Of a DNA stretch of 64,000 bases, positions 1-12,054 are shown in pieces. A program made the translations under genes and the position numbers. The notes below the pieces were generated by a model. It did not search any database, was not told the DNA's origin, and saw nothing but the letters and a program-made list of their open reading frames with translations. Every line of letters begins with the position of its first letter. The first letter of the stretch is position 1. The stretch comes from Octopus sinensis (taxonomy: Eukaryota): positions 73,160,001-73,224,000 of the forward strand of contig NC_043004.1 in the NCBI RefSeq assembly GCF_006345805.1. Direction: 5' to 3'.

Positions 1-65
1 ACAGTGTAACAAAACGGCGGTGCCCCAGCATGGCAGCAGCTCTGAGCTGAAACTACAAAGAAAGA
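1..65 (+). mobile_element. 3' tail fragment of SINE family A
   Basis: ggcggtgccccagcatggc...ctgaaac tail motif shared with full copies at 7143, 44757 and 46491. Confidence 0.7.
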
Positions 66-111
66 AAAAATGTACTCATGTCCTCAGTTCCACTGCTCTT
101 AGTTCAACCAA

Positions 112-113
<2 letters not shown>

Positions 114-190
<77 letters not shown>
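114..190. repeat. (CA)n microsatellite
   Basis: direct reading. Confidence 0.98.
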
Positions 191-192
<2 letters not shown>

Positions 193-649
193 CATGAACA
201 CCTCACTTTACGAGTGAGTATTATTCCAGAAGGAATAAAATGGTGTAAAATAATGCAATTTTATCAAGGGAAGAAAGAAACCAAACACGTCAATAAGACA
301 TTTTAACAGAATGCGTTTAATTCCATTTATTTATTTACCTATATCATACAAAAACATTTCACCTAAACCTGAAGTTTCTACCTTTATAAGTAGACTGTTA
401 CATCATTGGTACTTGTGCGAATTTTTGCTAACCTGGTAACTATTTATTTTATTTATTTATTTATTTATTTATTTATTTTCATGTTGTTTGTAAACATTGA
501 AAAAACACACACACTGATAGAATAATGGCTAGGCTTTAAAAATAAATACCGGTTTCGATTCGTTCAACTCCAACTTTTCCAGGAAGTGCCCTAGCATGGC
601 CATGGTCATTGACTGAAGCGTGTAAAAGACAAAAGGTGAAAGATATATA

Positions 650-1492
650 CAGGGTGTTCGGACTAAATTTAACAAATTTTAATGCCTTCTTCTTTTTTTT
701 TCAGGAGCAGCTTGATGCATTGGTGAAGAGAGAACGACGTTGACGAGCAAAATGGTTAAGATTATAGTTGAGAAAAAGTTAGCCGACATGGAAGACTTGA
801 AGCCATTTGAATATTGGAAAAAAGTTACATGTATCATGATGAGTCGTTCTGGGTATCAAAATGCCGACATCATGACTGCTGTTCAATGCCCTCTGAACAC
901 TATAAAGAGTGTAAGACGTGACATGGACAGTTGCAACGGAGATTACGAAGCTGAAGCCAGCAGACGTTCTGACTACGCCCGGACGCCGGAATTGAGCCAC
1001 ACATCTTTGAACAGGGTCTTCGGCTCAATTCAGACGGTTATGTGAGGCTGCTGGGGACTGCGGTCAAGCCCCGACTGGAGAGAGTTGCTGTTGGAAGGCC
1101 ACATGAGTAGCAGCAGGATTCGTTTTCGTACCATACTACCGGAGAGAGTCAGAAGTTGTCAGAGAATTTCTACGACTTCACCAGTTCGTTTCTCATGGAT
1201 TACTATGTGTGGAGCGCAGTTGAGAAAGACACCAATCATTCAGTCAAGGTGGAGCTGGTGGCGAAGATCAAAGGTGTTCCTTCTTCTCGGGAACACAACG
1301 AGGAACGCATACACCAGGTTCCGGAGCCGTCTTGAAGCTGCGATAGAAGTTGAGGGTGGCTACTTTGAGTAAATTATCTCCCGGCCATAATCTAGTTAAT
1401 ATTTTTTTATCTTTTTTTAAAATAATTTCTTTTTGCATGAGATATGCTTTCTTTTCCTCTTACGAAAATTCAAATTTCAGCCGAAAACCCTG
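650..1492 (+). mobile_element. Internally deleted Tc1/mariner-superfamily transposon
   Basis: Imperfect TIRs (cagggtgttcggactaaattt / aaatttcagccgaaaaccctg) flanked by TA. N-terminal HTH-like ORF 740-1045; C-terminal remnants DYYVWSAVEKDTN and RFRSRLEAAIEVEGGYFE*. Confidence 0.85.
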
Positions 1493-1499
1493 TATATGA

Positions 1500-1610
1500 G
1501 GGGCTTTCACACAGTTACTATCTATCGAATTCATTCATATAGCACTTACCCGCAAGATACCACGCAGCAGGACCGAACCTGAAACCACATAGATGCGCAG
1601 CGATGTGTGT
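1500..1610 (-). mobile_element. Degenerate 5' fragment of SINE family A
   Basis: Similarity to reverse complement of family A head (gaacctgaaaccacat). Confidence 0.5.
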
Positions 1611-1790
1611 ACACGAAATCAAGTGAAATCCTGACGTCCATTTGGAAATACCAAAGGAACAATCCTGGAGACTGTAGAGGACATTATTTACATTATTTAC
1701 ATTATTTACATTATTTATATTTGACGGATATTTGTCCTCATCTTGTTTGTTGTTAACACAACGTTTCGGCTGATACACCCTCCAGCTTCC

Positions 1791-1857
1791 ATATAGCGTA
1801 GTGATTAAGAGCGCGGGCTACTAATCCCAAGATTCCGAGTTCGATACCAAGCAGTGA

Positions 1858-1861
<4 letters not shown>
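1791..1861 (+). promoter_or_regulatory. tRNA-derived head with Pol III A-box/B-box-like motifs
   Basis: TAGCGTAGTGA (A-box-like, 1794) and GAGTTCGATACC (B-box-like, 1837). Same head recurs at 21907-21979 (-) and 21978-22030 (+). Confidence 0.7.
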
Positions 1862-1909
<48 letters not shown>

Positions 1910-1917
1910 CATAATAA

Positions 1918-4900
1918 GAGACGCCGGGGACGTTTAAGATGTAAGAATGATAAAACAGAGCTCCGAAATGTATCCACAAACATCGAAAATAAAGACATCG
2001 TATGGAGCCAAAAATTTACTAACAAAGGATTGGACTATATCCGAGTAAGTAATACTCATTGAAATTTATTACTATTTTCGAAACGAAATGACGTATCTTA
2101 ACTCGATATCATCTCCACCTCTAACACAACACATGTAAACATGCGTAGACCATTACGATCCATCAACACCAGATCATCCCCGACCCCAAACGCCATGTAC
2201 AAAAAAACTACGAAGAAATTAAATACCACCGATATTATTCAACCCAAGAATAACAATCGGGAAGAACGTACTTTAAACTTACAACACAAAATGTACGAAA
2301 AACTACACGTGCAAAACAATGTGACAACATAAATGAACGGACCGGTACCCTACGAAAATGACGACCGTCAAAATAATGGGCCGGACGTTGTTCCTCATGT
2401 CCCGCAAATAAAACCCAAAAGACATAAATGGACCTGTGAGGAATACATTACTATCCTACACGTATACTTCACAGCAGTGCTCTACCCAAAAAATGAAAAC
2501 ACAACAACACATACATATAAAATATGGAAGGAAAATAACATAAATATAGACTTGGATACAGCAATGAACCCTAATAAACTAGCTAACGAACGAAGATACA
2601 TTCTCAACGCAAAAAAAATATCAGAAATAGAAATAGAACATCTAAAAGAAAAAATACAACAGGAAAATGTAGATAGAAGCCACACAACAATGCCCAATAA
2701 TATAAACACTGAAACAGTAAAACACGAAGACAAACGTAACATTCCCAACAAACACGATGTAAACAAAAAAACACAAACCCAGACCGTAAGGATGCATAAT
2801 AATACACGACAAACAGCAAGCCAAAACACGACAAACAAACATATAAATAAGAAAGAAAGCGACACAAATCTAAAACCTGGAAACAACGAAGGGGAGCCTA
2901 ATGATTATGATAATATAAAAAGTAAAATAATCAAAGAACTGAAAAACACAGAGCTCAAAATGGACCACCGACCATACCTCCCAAAAATCAAAATAGACGA
3001 AACAACAACACCAATTATAAACAGCATAAACCTAGCCGTCACGGAACTAATAGCCACTGAAACAAAAAGCGATATCACTGGGCTAAATGACTTAGTATAC
3101 GCAGCAGCCATTGCAGCAACAAAAGAAGCTGGATACTCACTCAAACCCATTCAAACAGGAGTATCACCACCCAAACAAACCCTGTGGATAAATAACACCC
3201 AAAAGAAAATACAAAAAATGAGAAAAGATCTGTCGATGATTAATGAAATCAGTAGACAATCAACGCTACTGAGCAACAAAAAGAAAACAAAAATACTCCG
3301 CAAATATAACATCACAGAAAAAGATTTACCTGAGATAAAAGAAAAGCTGAGCAAGATATCCTTGCCAAAGCACAAAGGATCCGCCGGTACGAGAAACGCC
3401 AGCGCTTCTTTGAACAAAACAAAAAGTTCAACTCCACCCCAAAAAGTTATACCAAGAACTTGGCAAAAATAAAATAGAAATCACTGCAGCACCATCGGCA
3501 GAAGAAGTGGAAGAATTCTGGAGAGAAATATGGTCGGCGAACGAACAACCAAAAAAAGGAGTATTAAAACAACAAACTCAGCATCTGAGCAACTTTGGAC
3601 CCCCATAACAACTGAAGAGGTCACCCAGGCACTGCAAAGAATAAGCAACTGGAAGGCACCTGGGCATGATAAGATCCCCAACTTCTGGTTGAAATATCTA
3701 ACAGGAATGTACAAAAAGCTGGCTGAAAACTTTAACAACATACTAGCAGAGCCAGAGACAATGCCTGAATGGCTCACGAAGGGGAAAACCATCTTAATTC
3801 CCAAATCAAATGAGACAGCAAAACCAGAAAACTACAGACCAATAACCTGTCTCCCTACAATGTACAAGGAATTTACTGCAGTGAAATCGCAAAGGTTGAA
3901 CAAGCACCTGGACGAAAACAACCTGTTTCTAGAAGAGCAGAAAGGATGCCGCAAAGGCTCATATGACTGTAAAGATCAACTAATGATTAATAAAGCCATA
4001 ACTGAAGACAGCCTCAGAAAGAAGAAGGGCCTCAGTATGGCCTGGATTGATTACAAAAAGGCGTTTGATAGCATCCCCCACACATAGATCCTCGAAACAC
4101 TAGTCATTAACAAAGTAGCACCAACAATTATAAAATTCATAGGGCACTATATGAATAAATGACAAACAGTGCTACAGCTCCAAACAAAAGAGGGACTCAT
4201 GAAAACCAAAGCCATCCCCATTAGAAGAGGAATATTCCAGGGAGACACGCTCTCTCCACTCCTTTTCTGTTTGGCACTGTCACCTCTATCTGATATGCTA
4301 AATAGAACTGGATGCGGATATAAATGTTACGGCAAAACGATCAGCCACCTTTTATATATGGATGACCTAAAATTATACGCTGCAAATGACAAACAGCTGG
4401 AAACACTATTAAAGACAGTTCATGGATTTACCAAAGAAATAGATATGAAATTTGGATTAGAAAAATGCGCCAAAGTAACCCCGAAAAGAGGAAAACTAGT
4501 TAAGAGTAGCAACATCACACTAGATAAAACCAATGAAATAAAAGAATTAGACCAAAGCCAAACTTACAAATACTTAGGAATCCATGAACTAGATAAGACA
4601 CAACACACACAAATGAAAGAGAAAATTAAAAAAGAATATTATAGACGAGTTAGATCAATACTAAAAACAGAGCTCAATGCTAAAAATAAGATAATAGGTA
4701 TTAACACTTTAGATGTCCCAGTTATAAGTTACAGCTACAATATCCTTAACTGGACACTAAATGAACTGACCAAAATAGATAGGAAAACAAGAAAAATAAT
4801 GACAGGATCTAGGATGCATCACCCAAAATCTGACATAGAAAGACTATATATACAACGTATAGAAGGTGGTAGAGACCTTATACAGCTGGAAAACTACTAT

Positions 4901-6002
4901 AAAATAACTACCATAGGACTGCAAAAATATCTACTTCAGAAGGAAGGAAAACTGATACAAATAGCAGCAAAACACGAGCAAAACAAAAAAAGCTGTTCTC
5001 AGTATTTAAGGAAGCTGACAAATACAAACAAGAAATCATACCACCTAATAAATATGAAGAAGATGAAGAAACAACAAAAGCTATAAAACAAATGAAATCC
5101 AAACTAAAAATAGAACAGCAACGAACCATGATAAAACGATGGCAAGAAAAGCCCCTTCATGGTAAACACTTGACTAAACTAAACGCAAAAGAAATAGACA
5201 AAGAAAAATCCCAGCAATGGTTGAGAGGCTCAGGACTCAAAGCAGAAACAGAGGGATTTTTTTAATTGCAGCACAAGACCAAAGCCTCCCCACCAGAAAT
5301 TACCAAAAACATGTAATGAAAAGAAATATTACAAGTAACTGCAGAATATTTGGAGATGGACAAGAAACAATAAATCATATTATCTCTGGCTGCCCAGTCC
5401 TGGCTAAGAAGGAATATATTCACAGACATGACAGAGTTGGAACCTACATACACTGGAAGCTATGCCAACATTATGGAATAACAATAGAAAAAAGATGGCA
5501 TAGGCACACACCAGAAAAGGTCACAGAAAACGAGAAAGCAACCATACTCTGGGATATGCCGATACACACAGATAGAAAAATTAAGGCCACAGACCAGATA
5601 TAGTTGTCAGAGATCATGAAGAAAAAAAATGCTTTCTAATTGATGTATCAATACCGGCAGATGACAACGTGTCTCTAAAAGAAATGGAGAAACTCTCAAA
5701 ATACAAAGACCTGGAAATAGAGGTAACCAGAATGTGGAATCTAAAAACAGAAACAATTCCTATCATAGTAGGTGCATTAGGCATGATGAAAAAATATTCA
5801 GACAAATACATAACAAAAACACAAGGACTTACAAACACATATAACATACAGAAAATTGCACCACTAGGCACTGCACACATCCTACACAGAACACTTTCCA
5901 TACAATAACCATCAGAGCATCACAACAAATCACAGCACATACCTAAGGCACACAGAGCTGCGCTCGGTAGTGAAGTGAACGCACACTATAAAAATAAAAC
6001 TA

Positions 6003-6005
<3 letters not shown>
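1918..6005 (+). mobile_element. Near full-length R4/Dong-clade non-LTR retrotransposon (RT + CCHC + restriction-like endonuclease), frameshifted
   Basis: ORF pieces 2333-3472, 3530-4087, 4169-5086, 5217-5603, 5669-5908. RT motifs NYRPITCL, WIDYKKAFDS, GIFQGDTLSPLLF, YMDDLKLY; zinc knuckle CRIFGDGQETINHIISGC; RLE region LIDVSIP...KLSKYKDL; (AAT)n on both sides. Confidence 0.95.
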
Positions 6006-6076
<71 letters not shown>

Positions 6077-6099
6077 CAACAACAACAACAACAACAACA
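6006..6099. repeat. (AAT)n(AAC)n tract (LINE tail/target)
   Basis: direct reading. Confidence 0.95.
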
Positions 6100-6146
6100 T
6101 CGAAAAATACTTCAGGAATGAGAACCCAGGTTCGAAATTTCCTCAA

Positions 6147-6192
6147 GACACCTGATGAAGGCTGGAGGGTATATCAGCTGAAACGTTGTGTT
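6147..6192 (+). ncRNA. Minimal type-I hammerhead ribozyme motif, copy 1
   Basis: Stem I GACAC/GTGTT; core CTGATGA plus extra A; stem II GGCTG/CAGCT; GAAA; palindromic stem III ACGT; predicted GUU cleavage after 6187. Confidence 0.8.
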
Positions 6193-7142
6193 AACAAACA
6201 AGACGAGGACAAATATCCGTCGAATGTAAATAATGTAAATAATGTACATAATTCCACATCTCTTAAATATAGAACTGTACTGTAGAGGACATTCTCATTA
6301 CTGCGTAGTGTGACAAGTAGAAATGGGAATGACAGCCAGTTCTTTGATAAGAAACCGTCGTTATTTCTGGTCAACCAACTGTAAAATAGCAGTCCCCGGT
6401 TTCCTTTCCATTCTTTTTCTGTTCCCTCTCTCTTTCTCAATCTTTCTCCTTTCTCTCTCTTTCTCTCTCGCTTCTCTCTTTTTTCTCCCTCTCCTCTCTT
6501 TCTCCCTCTCCTTTCTCTCTCTTTTGTATCTAATCTGTCTCTCTCTCTTCCTTTCCCCGTCGCTCTCTCTTTTTCTATCTCTCTTACCCTCCTTTGTATT
6601 TCTCTACGTTTCTTTCTTCCCACCTTTCTCTCCAGTCCATACTTATCTCCTCCCGGATGACAGCATCACAAAAGCAGTCGATAATAAGGACGAGGAAGAA
6701 GAGGATCATAGGAAAGTTGAAAAGGTAAAAATGAAATGGTCATTCAGGTGTTAGATACGGGAGGAGTAACGATTCTCAGTCTTTTTTAATAAGAGAGACG
6801 ATGTTGATGATGCTGATGATGCTGATGATAACGACGACGACGACGACGATGATGGGATGACGTTTATCATGGTGAAGACGACAACAAGAAAAACTACGAC
6901 GACGACAATGGCGGCGGCGGGGCGGAGTGCTGATGATCCTCGTGATGGTGGCGACGACGACGATGCTGAGATTTGCTGATGATGCTTTACTAAATATCTT
7001 CTCAAATTTCTCCTCGGATGATTACGATTGATCCATCGACCAGCTTCACAACTTCTTGTTCTTTAGAGTTCACTCCGTTGCAAGCATTCAAGTTACCTTT
7101 CCAGTTGGATGACAACAGTAACTCTATATTTATTAACATATC

Positions 7143-7580
7143 TAGGCGCAGGAGTGGCTGTGTGGTAAGAAGCTTGCTTCCCTACCACATGGTTCCGGGT
7201 TCAGTCCCACTGCGTGGCGCCTTGGGCAAGTGTCTTCTACTATGGCCTCGGACCGACCAAAGCCTTGTGAGTGGATTTGGTAGACGCAAACTGACAGAAC
7301 CCCGTCTTATATATGCATGTGTGTGTGTGCGCACGCGTGTGCGTGTGTGTGTTTTGGGGTCTGTCTTTATTGCCCCCCCACCACCACCACCACCACTGCT
7401 TGGCAAGTTGTGCTGGTGTGCTTACATTCCTGTAACCTAGCGGTTCAGCAAAAGAGTCCGATAGAATAAGTACCAGGCTTATAAAAAGTAAGTACTGGGG
7501 TTGATACATTTGGCTGAAAATTCTTCAAGGCGGTGCTCCAGCAAGGCCGCAGTCTAATGACTGAAACAAATAAAAGATAA
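7143..7580 (+). mobile_element. tRNA-derived SINE family A (internal microsatellite)
   Basis: Head ggagtggctgtgtggtaag...ggttcagtccc, CORE-like ccttgggcaagt box, tail ggcggtgctccagc...gactgaaac; many copies in the window. Confidence 0.9.
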
Positions 7581-7990
7581 GCGACGAGCTGGCAGAAACG
7601 TTAGCACGCCGGACGAAATGCGTAGCCGTATTTCGTCTGCCGTTACGTTCTGAGTTCAAATTCCGACGAGGTCGACTTTGTCTTTCATCCTTTCGGGGCG
7701 ATTAAATAAGTACCAGTTACGTACTGAGGTCGATATAATCGACTTAATCCGTTTGTCTGTCCTTGCTGTCCCTTCTGTGTTTAGCCCCTTGTGGGTAGTA
7801 CAGAAATAGGTATTTCGTCTGCGCTATGTTCTGAGTTCAAATTCCGCCGAGGTCGACTTTGCCTTTCATCCTTTCGGGGTCGATTAAATAAGTACCAGTT
7901 ACGCACTGGGATCGATATAATCGACTTAATCCGTTTGTCTGTCCTTGTTTGTCCCTTGTGTTTAGCCTCTTGTGGGCAGTAAAGAAATAA
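7581..7990 (+). mobile_element. SINE family B, dimeric, inserted in tail of SINE A
   Basis: Units 7581-7810 and 7811-7990; 14-bp TSD caaataaaagataa at 7567-7580 and 7991-8004. Confidence 0.9.
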
Positions 7991-8029
7991 CAAATAAAAG
8001 ATAAAAGATATCTGCTAAAGTGGCACTCT

Positions 8030-8450
8030 ATTGACTTCTGTCCTAAAATCTGCTACGATAGATTGATATTTACGAGAATTTCCCGTGATGTGACCAGCTT
8101 GGTGCGCTTTTGATCAGGTGTCAGAACACGTAGTACCCACCGAGAAGAAGCAGTAGAATGTCCTCAACTTTCTCACGTGCTATGCTAATAGCGTTAGCTA
8201 TTTGATTTATCGTCAATCGCCTACCATCTACCACCATGTGGTGAACACGATCAATGTTTTCTATGATTGTAGCAGTTACAGGATGTCCAGACCTTGGGTC
8301 ATCATCAAGACTTTACCTTCACAACTTAATTCAGTTTCCCACTTTTGCACTATTGATAAAGCTGAAACGTGATCCCTTAATATTGTAACCATATCAGCAT
8401 GAATGTGGTTGGAGGCTAAACCTCTCTTTTGCAAGTATTGGGTTGTCCAG
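8030..8450 (-). mobile_element. Mariner transposase N-terminal relic
   Basis: Minus-strand translation YLQKRGL...DDPRSGHP...RLTINQIA...WVLRVLTPDQKR; same family as 12511-13640. Confidence 0.8.
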
Positions 8451-9510
8451 AAAGTTCGTGCCAAATATCTCCCGTAAATCACACCCTACCATCTTAAATA
8501 AGGAGTAGTCATATCACATAATGAAGTCCTGTATTTATTTTTTAAATGTGAGATGGTCGTAGAAGAGTAAATTTGATCATAGGTCTGCTCGAAGAAGGCT
8601 GATCTGTGGTCACGTAGCGACCACATTTGGCATAATTGCTAGAATGATTATGTTATTATGGTTTCTACAGCAACTTCATAATGAAAATCAGCATAAAAAC
8701 AATCCTACAAAACTCCTACTCTAGATTAACTGGGAAAGAAAATAAGAAGAAGAAAAACAAAGAGACTTTTGCCATCTGTAAGTTCTGTATTGGACTCCCG
8801 TGCAACAACAAATCTAATAGAGACAATTGTAAATCAATAAAACGTTACTGCACAAACCGTTATTTTAAGGTTAACCGTAAGGTTCACCAACCCCGTGACA
8901 TTCGATTGTTTAGGGCACGCTCGTTTGTTTTTCTTTAGAAGGGGCGCGTTCTTTTGCTGGTTTTGTTTTATTTATTTGTTTCTTGGGTTTTATAGATTTG
9001 TTTTGAAACGAAGACTAATATCAAAAACAAAAAGCCAAAATCTTTTTTCACAACCATTTCTTTTTTCACCAATAAAATAAAAGCTTTCCCATGGAAACTA
9101 AAATCTCGTGTTTTCCTTTTTTTTATATTTATATTTTATTTTTAATTTTATTTTATTTTTATAATTTTATTTCATTTTATCAACTACAAAATACAGATAT
9201 TCTATCTGATAATTAAAAATCCAAAACGGAATAAAACAATTGCAACGTTCTGAATAGAAACATATCTTTTTATTATTATTTTATTACTTTATTCCATTTA
9301 TTTATTGTTCATCTTACGTTTTTGCTTTGCTTTCGGGAGGAGGAGTTTAAAAACTTTTTTCAGTTAGTTTTTGTTATATTTGGTTGTTTATTTTTCAAAT
9401 TTTATTTTATCTTCTTCATTGACATCTAACGCGGATGATAATTGTATAATGTCTGTACACTAAGGCTGGCAACATCTGAGGAAAGGACCCATATCAAGAC
9501 GGGGGAGGGG

Positions 9511-9527
9511 AAGAAGAAGAAGAAGAA

Positions 9528-9587
<60 letters not shown>

Positions 9588-9763
9588 GAAGAAGAAGAAG
9601 AAGAAGGAGGAGGAGGAGGAGAAGAAGAAGAAGAAGAAGAAGAAGATGATGATGATGATGATGATGATGATGAAGAAGAAGAAGAAGAAGAAGAAGAAGG
9701 AGGAGAAGAAGAAGAAGAAGAAGAAGAAGAGGAGAAGAAGAAGAAGAAGAAGAAGAAGAAGAA

Positions 9764-9804
<41 letters not shown>

Positions 9805-9932
9805 GAAGAAGAAGAAGAAGAAGAAGAAGAAGAAGAAGAAGAAGAAGAAGAAGAAGAAGAAGGAGGAGAAGAAGAAGAAGAAGAAGAAGAAGAAGAAGAA
9901 GAAGAAGAAGAAGAAGAAGAAGAAGAAGAAGA
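9511..9932. repeat. Compound (GAA)n/(GAT)n/(GGA)n trinucleotide array
   Basis: direct reading. Confidence 0.97.
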
Positions 9933-10477
9933 CGGGTTTTATTGTAGGAGTGCGTAAAAATTGAGAGTTGCTGTTGTAAGTGATAGCATTCATAATAAAC
10001 TTATTTTTTTCGTTATTTGTTCGTCTGTGTGTGTATGTTTTTTTATTTTTATTCGATGTTTGTTGTTGTTGTTGGTGGTGGTTGTTTGTTTTTTTATATT
10101 TTTGTTGCTCTTTCCTTCACATTTCACATTTAATTGTCGGTGGTAAATATTGGATTGCCTTCGCCTCCCTTCTTTCGCTCACACGATTCTCTCCCTTTGT
10201 TTTTCTTCCATTTTCTTTGGTTTCTACCTCACCCATGTCTCTTTCTCTCTATATATACTGTATGTGTGTTTGTGTATGTGAGTGCACATATCACATATAT
10301 ATGTGTGTATGTGTGTCTGTGTATGTATATATTTATGTATGTATATGTATATACACCATATTTCCCAGCCGACATATCCTTTTTTATAACTCTAAATTAT
10401 ACTTTTTTCTATCAGTCTATTCTCTCTCCTTCTCCCACTCTCTTTTCTCTCCTCTTCTCTCTCCCTCTCTCCCTTCA

Positions 10478-10515
<38 letters not shown>

Positions 10516-11504
10516 CTATGCACACACACCCACACACGCACATACAGACTATTTCTTGGTTCAAATCCTTTCTATAACTCTCTCCTCTCCCCGAACCCTT
10601 TTCCCTACATTCACCTCTATCACTCTTCTTCACTCTTTTTCTCTTCTCTTCTTTTCTATGCACTTATGTCTGTTCATTTTATCGTGTGTATGTGTTTGTA
10701 TGTTTATGCATATCTATGTATGTATGAATGTGTATTTGTGACTGTTTGCTGTGTGTGAGTGTTTCTGTGCGAATGTATACGGGTGTGGCCATAATTTATG
10801 TGTGTGTGGGAGTGTAGTAGATGAATATTATTATTATGAATGTACTTTTATATGTTTAATCATCTGAATATATATGTTGTGTGTGCTCTGTATGTACATG
10901 CCTTTACTTGTATATGCGCGTGTTTGTGTGTGTGTGTGTGCATGTGTGTGTGTGTAGGTGACTGTACGCTTTCTGTATGCGTAGTACATATGTATAATTA
11001 TGTGTGCGCGTGTGTATGTGCCAATGTATGCACGATGTATATATGTGTGTGTGTGTGTGTGTTTGTGTTTACTTCTATTCACTGCCCAAGACAACCTGTC
11101 GCAATACGACACAGAACACACAAACAAACACACACGCACACATACACATGTGCACCCGCTACTGACACAAGGGACACATTGCTTCGAATATATACATGCA
11201 TACATGTACATATACATAATATAAGTACACACACACATACACACACACATACACATACACACATACACACATATATATATATATATTTATATATATATAT
11301 GATAAACAACACAGCGTATTGTTATTGATATATCACCAAGACACCAAAAACAATGCGGAATATACTGCAGTGTACACATCCGTGTACACACCTAGACATG
11401 ACAACGCATATATATACACAAATACATAAAATTTTTTAAATCACACTCGCTCCCTATTTACTTATCTGTCTATCAATATGCACCACTCCGCATGTTCGCA
11501 TACA

Positions 11505-11818
11505 CGCACGATATGTTTGTTCCTTCCCGAGTCATCCCTGGCTCATAAGAGCCGGTTTCCCGGTTTCCTTGGCGTATAGATTCCCCACCTGGACGGGACG
11601 CCGGTCTGTCGCAGGTGAGCTGCAAGATGCAGGAGGAAAGAGTGAGAGAAAGTTGTGGCGAAAGACACAGCAGAAGTTCGCCATTGCCTTCTCCCGGAGC
11701 CGCGTGGAGCTTAGGTGTTTCGCTCATAAACACCCACGTCACTCGGTCTGAGATTCAAACCTGCGATCCCTCGACCGCGATTCCGCTGCTCTAACCACTA
11801 GGCCATGTGCCTCCTCAC
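11505..11818 (-). mobile_element. tRNA-derived SINE family C
   Basis: Reverse complement of the head at 41094 and 52203 (ggcctagtggttagagcagcgg...gaggatcgcagg). Confidence 0.85.
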
Positions 11819-12054
11819 ACGCACAATATATGTTCACATAATTCAAGAAAACACTACCAGTACAAACACAATCACTTTCACTTCTAGAACAATTGCCAAT
11901 ATCATCACCAATACAGTTATCACCAATACAACTACCAATAGAAGTAGTACAATCACTATCTCTACAATGCCTACCATCATAAATCAGCAACAACTGAAGC
12001 TCCAGGTCGTTTAACGTTTCTTTTAATCATCAAGTCTTTAATATTAATTCGTAT

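Larger units (their letters stand above)
1686..6278 (+). mobile_element. Composite non-autonomous hammerhead-bearing element (inverted 3' fragment + tRNA-like head + (AAT)n + HHR tail), interrupted by a LINE
   Basis: 15-bp direct repeat actgtagaggacatt at 1671-1685 and 6279-6293 flanks the unit. 1686-1790 is the reverse complement of the 6160-6250 tail. Confidence 0.75.

Noticed and set aside
545-575. Hammerhead-like gaaaccggt on minus strand
   Set aside because: Lies in a decayed SINE tail; no core or stems.
1791-1861. Genuine tRNA genes (here and at SINE heads such as 41094 and 52203)
   Set aside because: A/B boxes present but no complete acceptor stem, and they continue into repeat bodies.
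1918-2100. HDV-like ribozyme at the R4 LINE 5' end
   Set aside because: Only isolated hairpins (gagta/tactc) seen; a nested double pseudoknot could not be assigned by eye.
7581-7990. CRISPR-like or other regularly spaced repeat arrays
   Set aside because: Repeats are ~180-230-bp SINE units without unique spacers; eukaryotic context.
8700-8770. Strong minus-strand splice-acceptor-like tract
   Set aside because: All three downstream frames hit stops within a few codons.
9442-9993. Poly-K/M/R/F/S ORFs (also 16181-16888 and many YI/CV/TH-repeat ORFs)
   Set aside because: Translations of microsatellites, which lack stop codons by composition.
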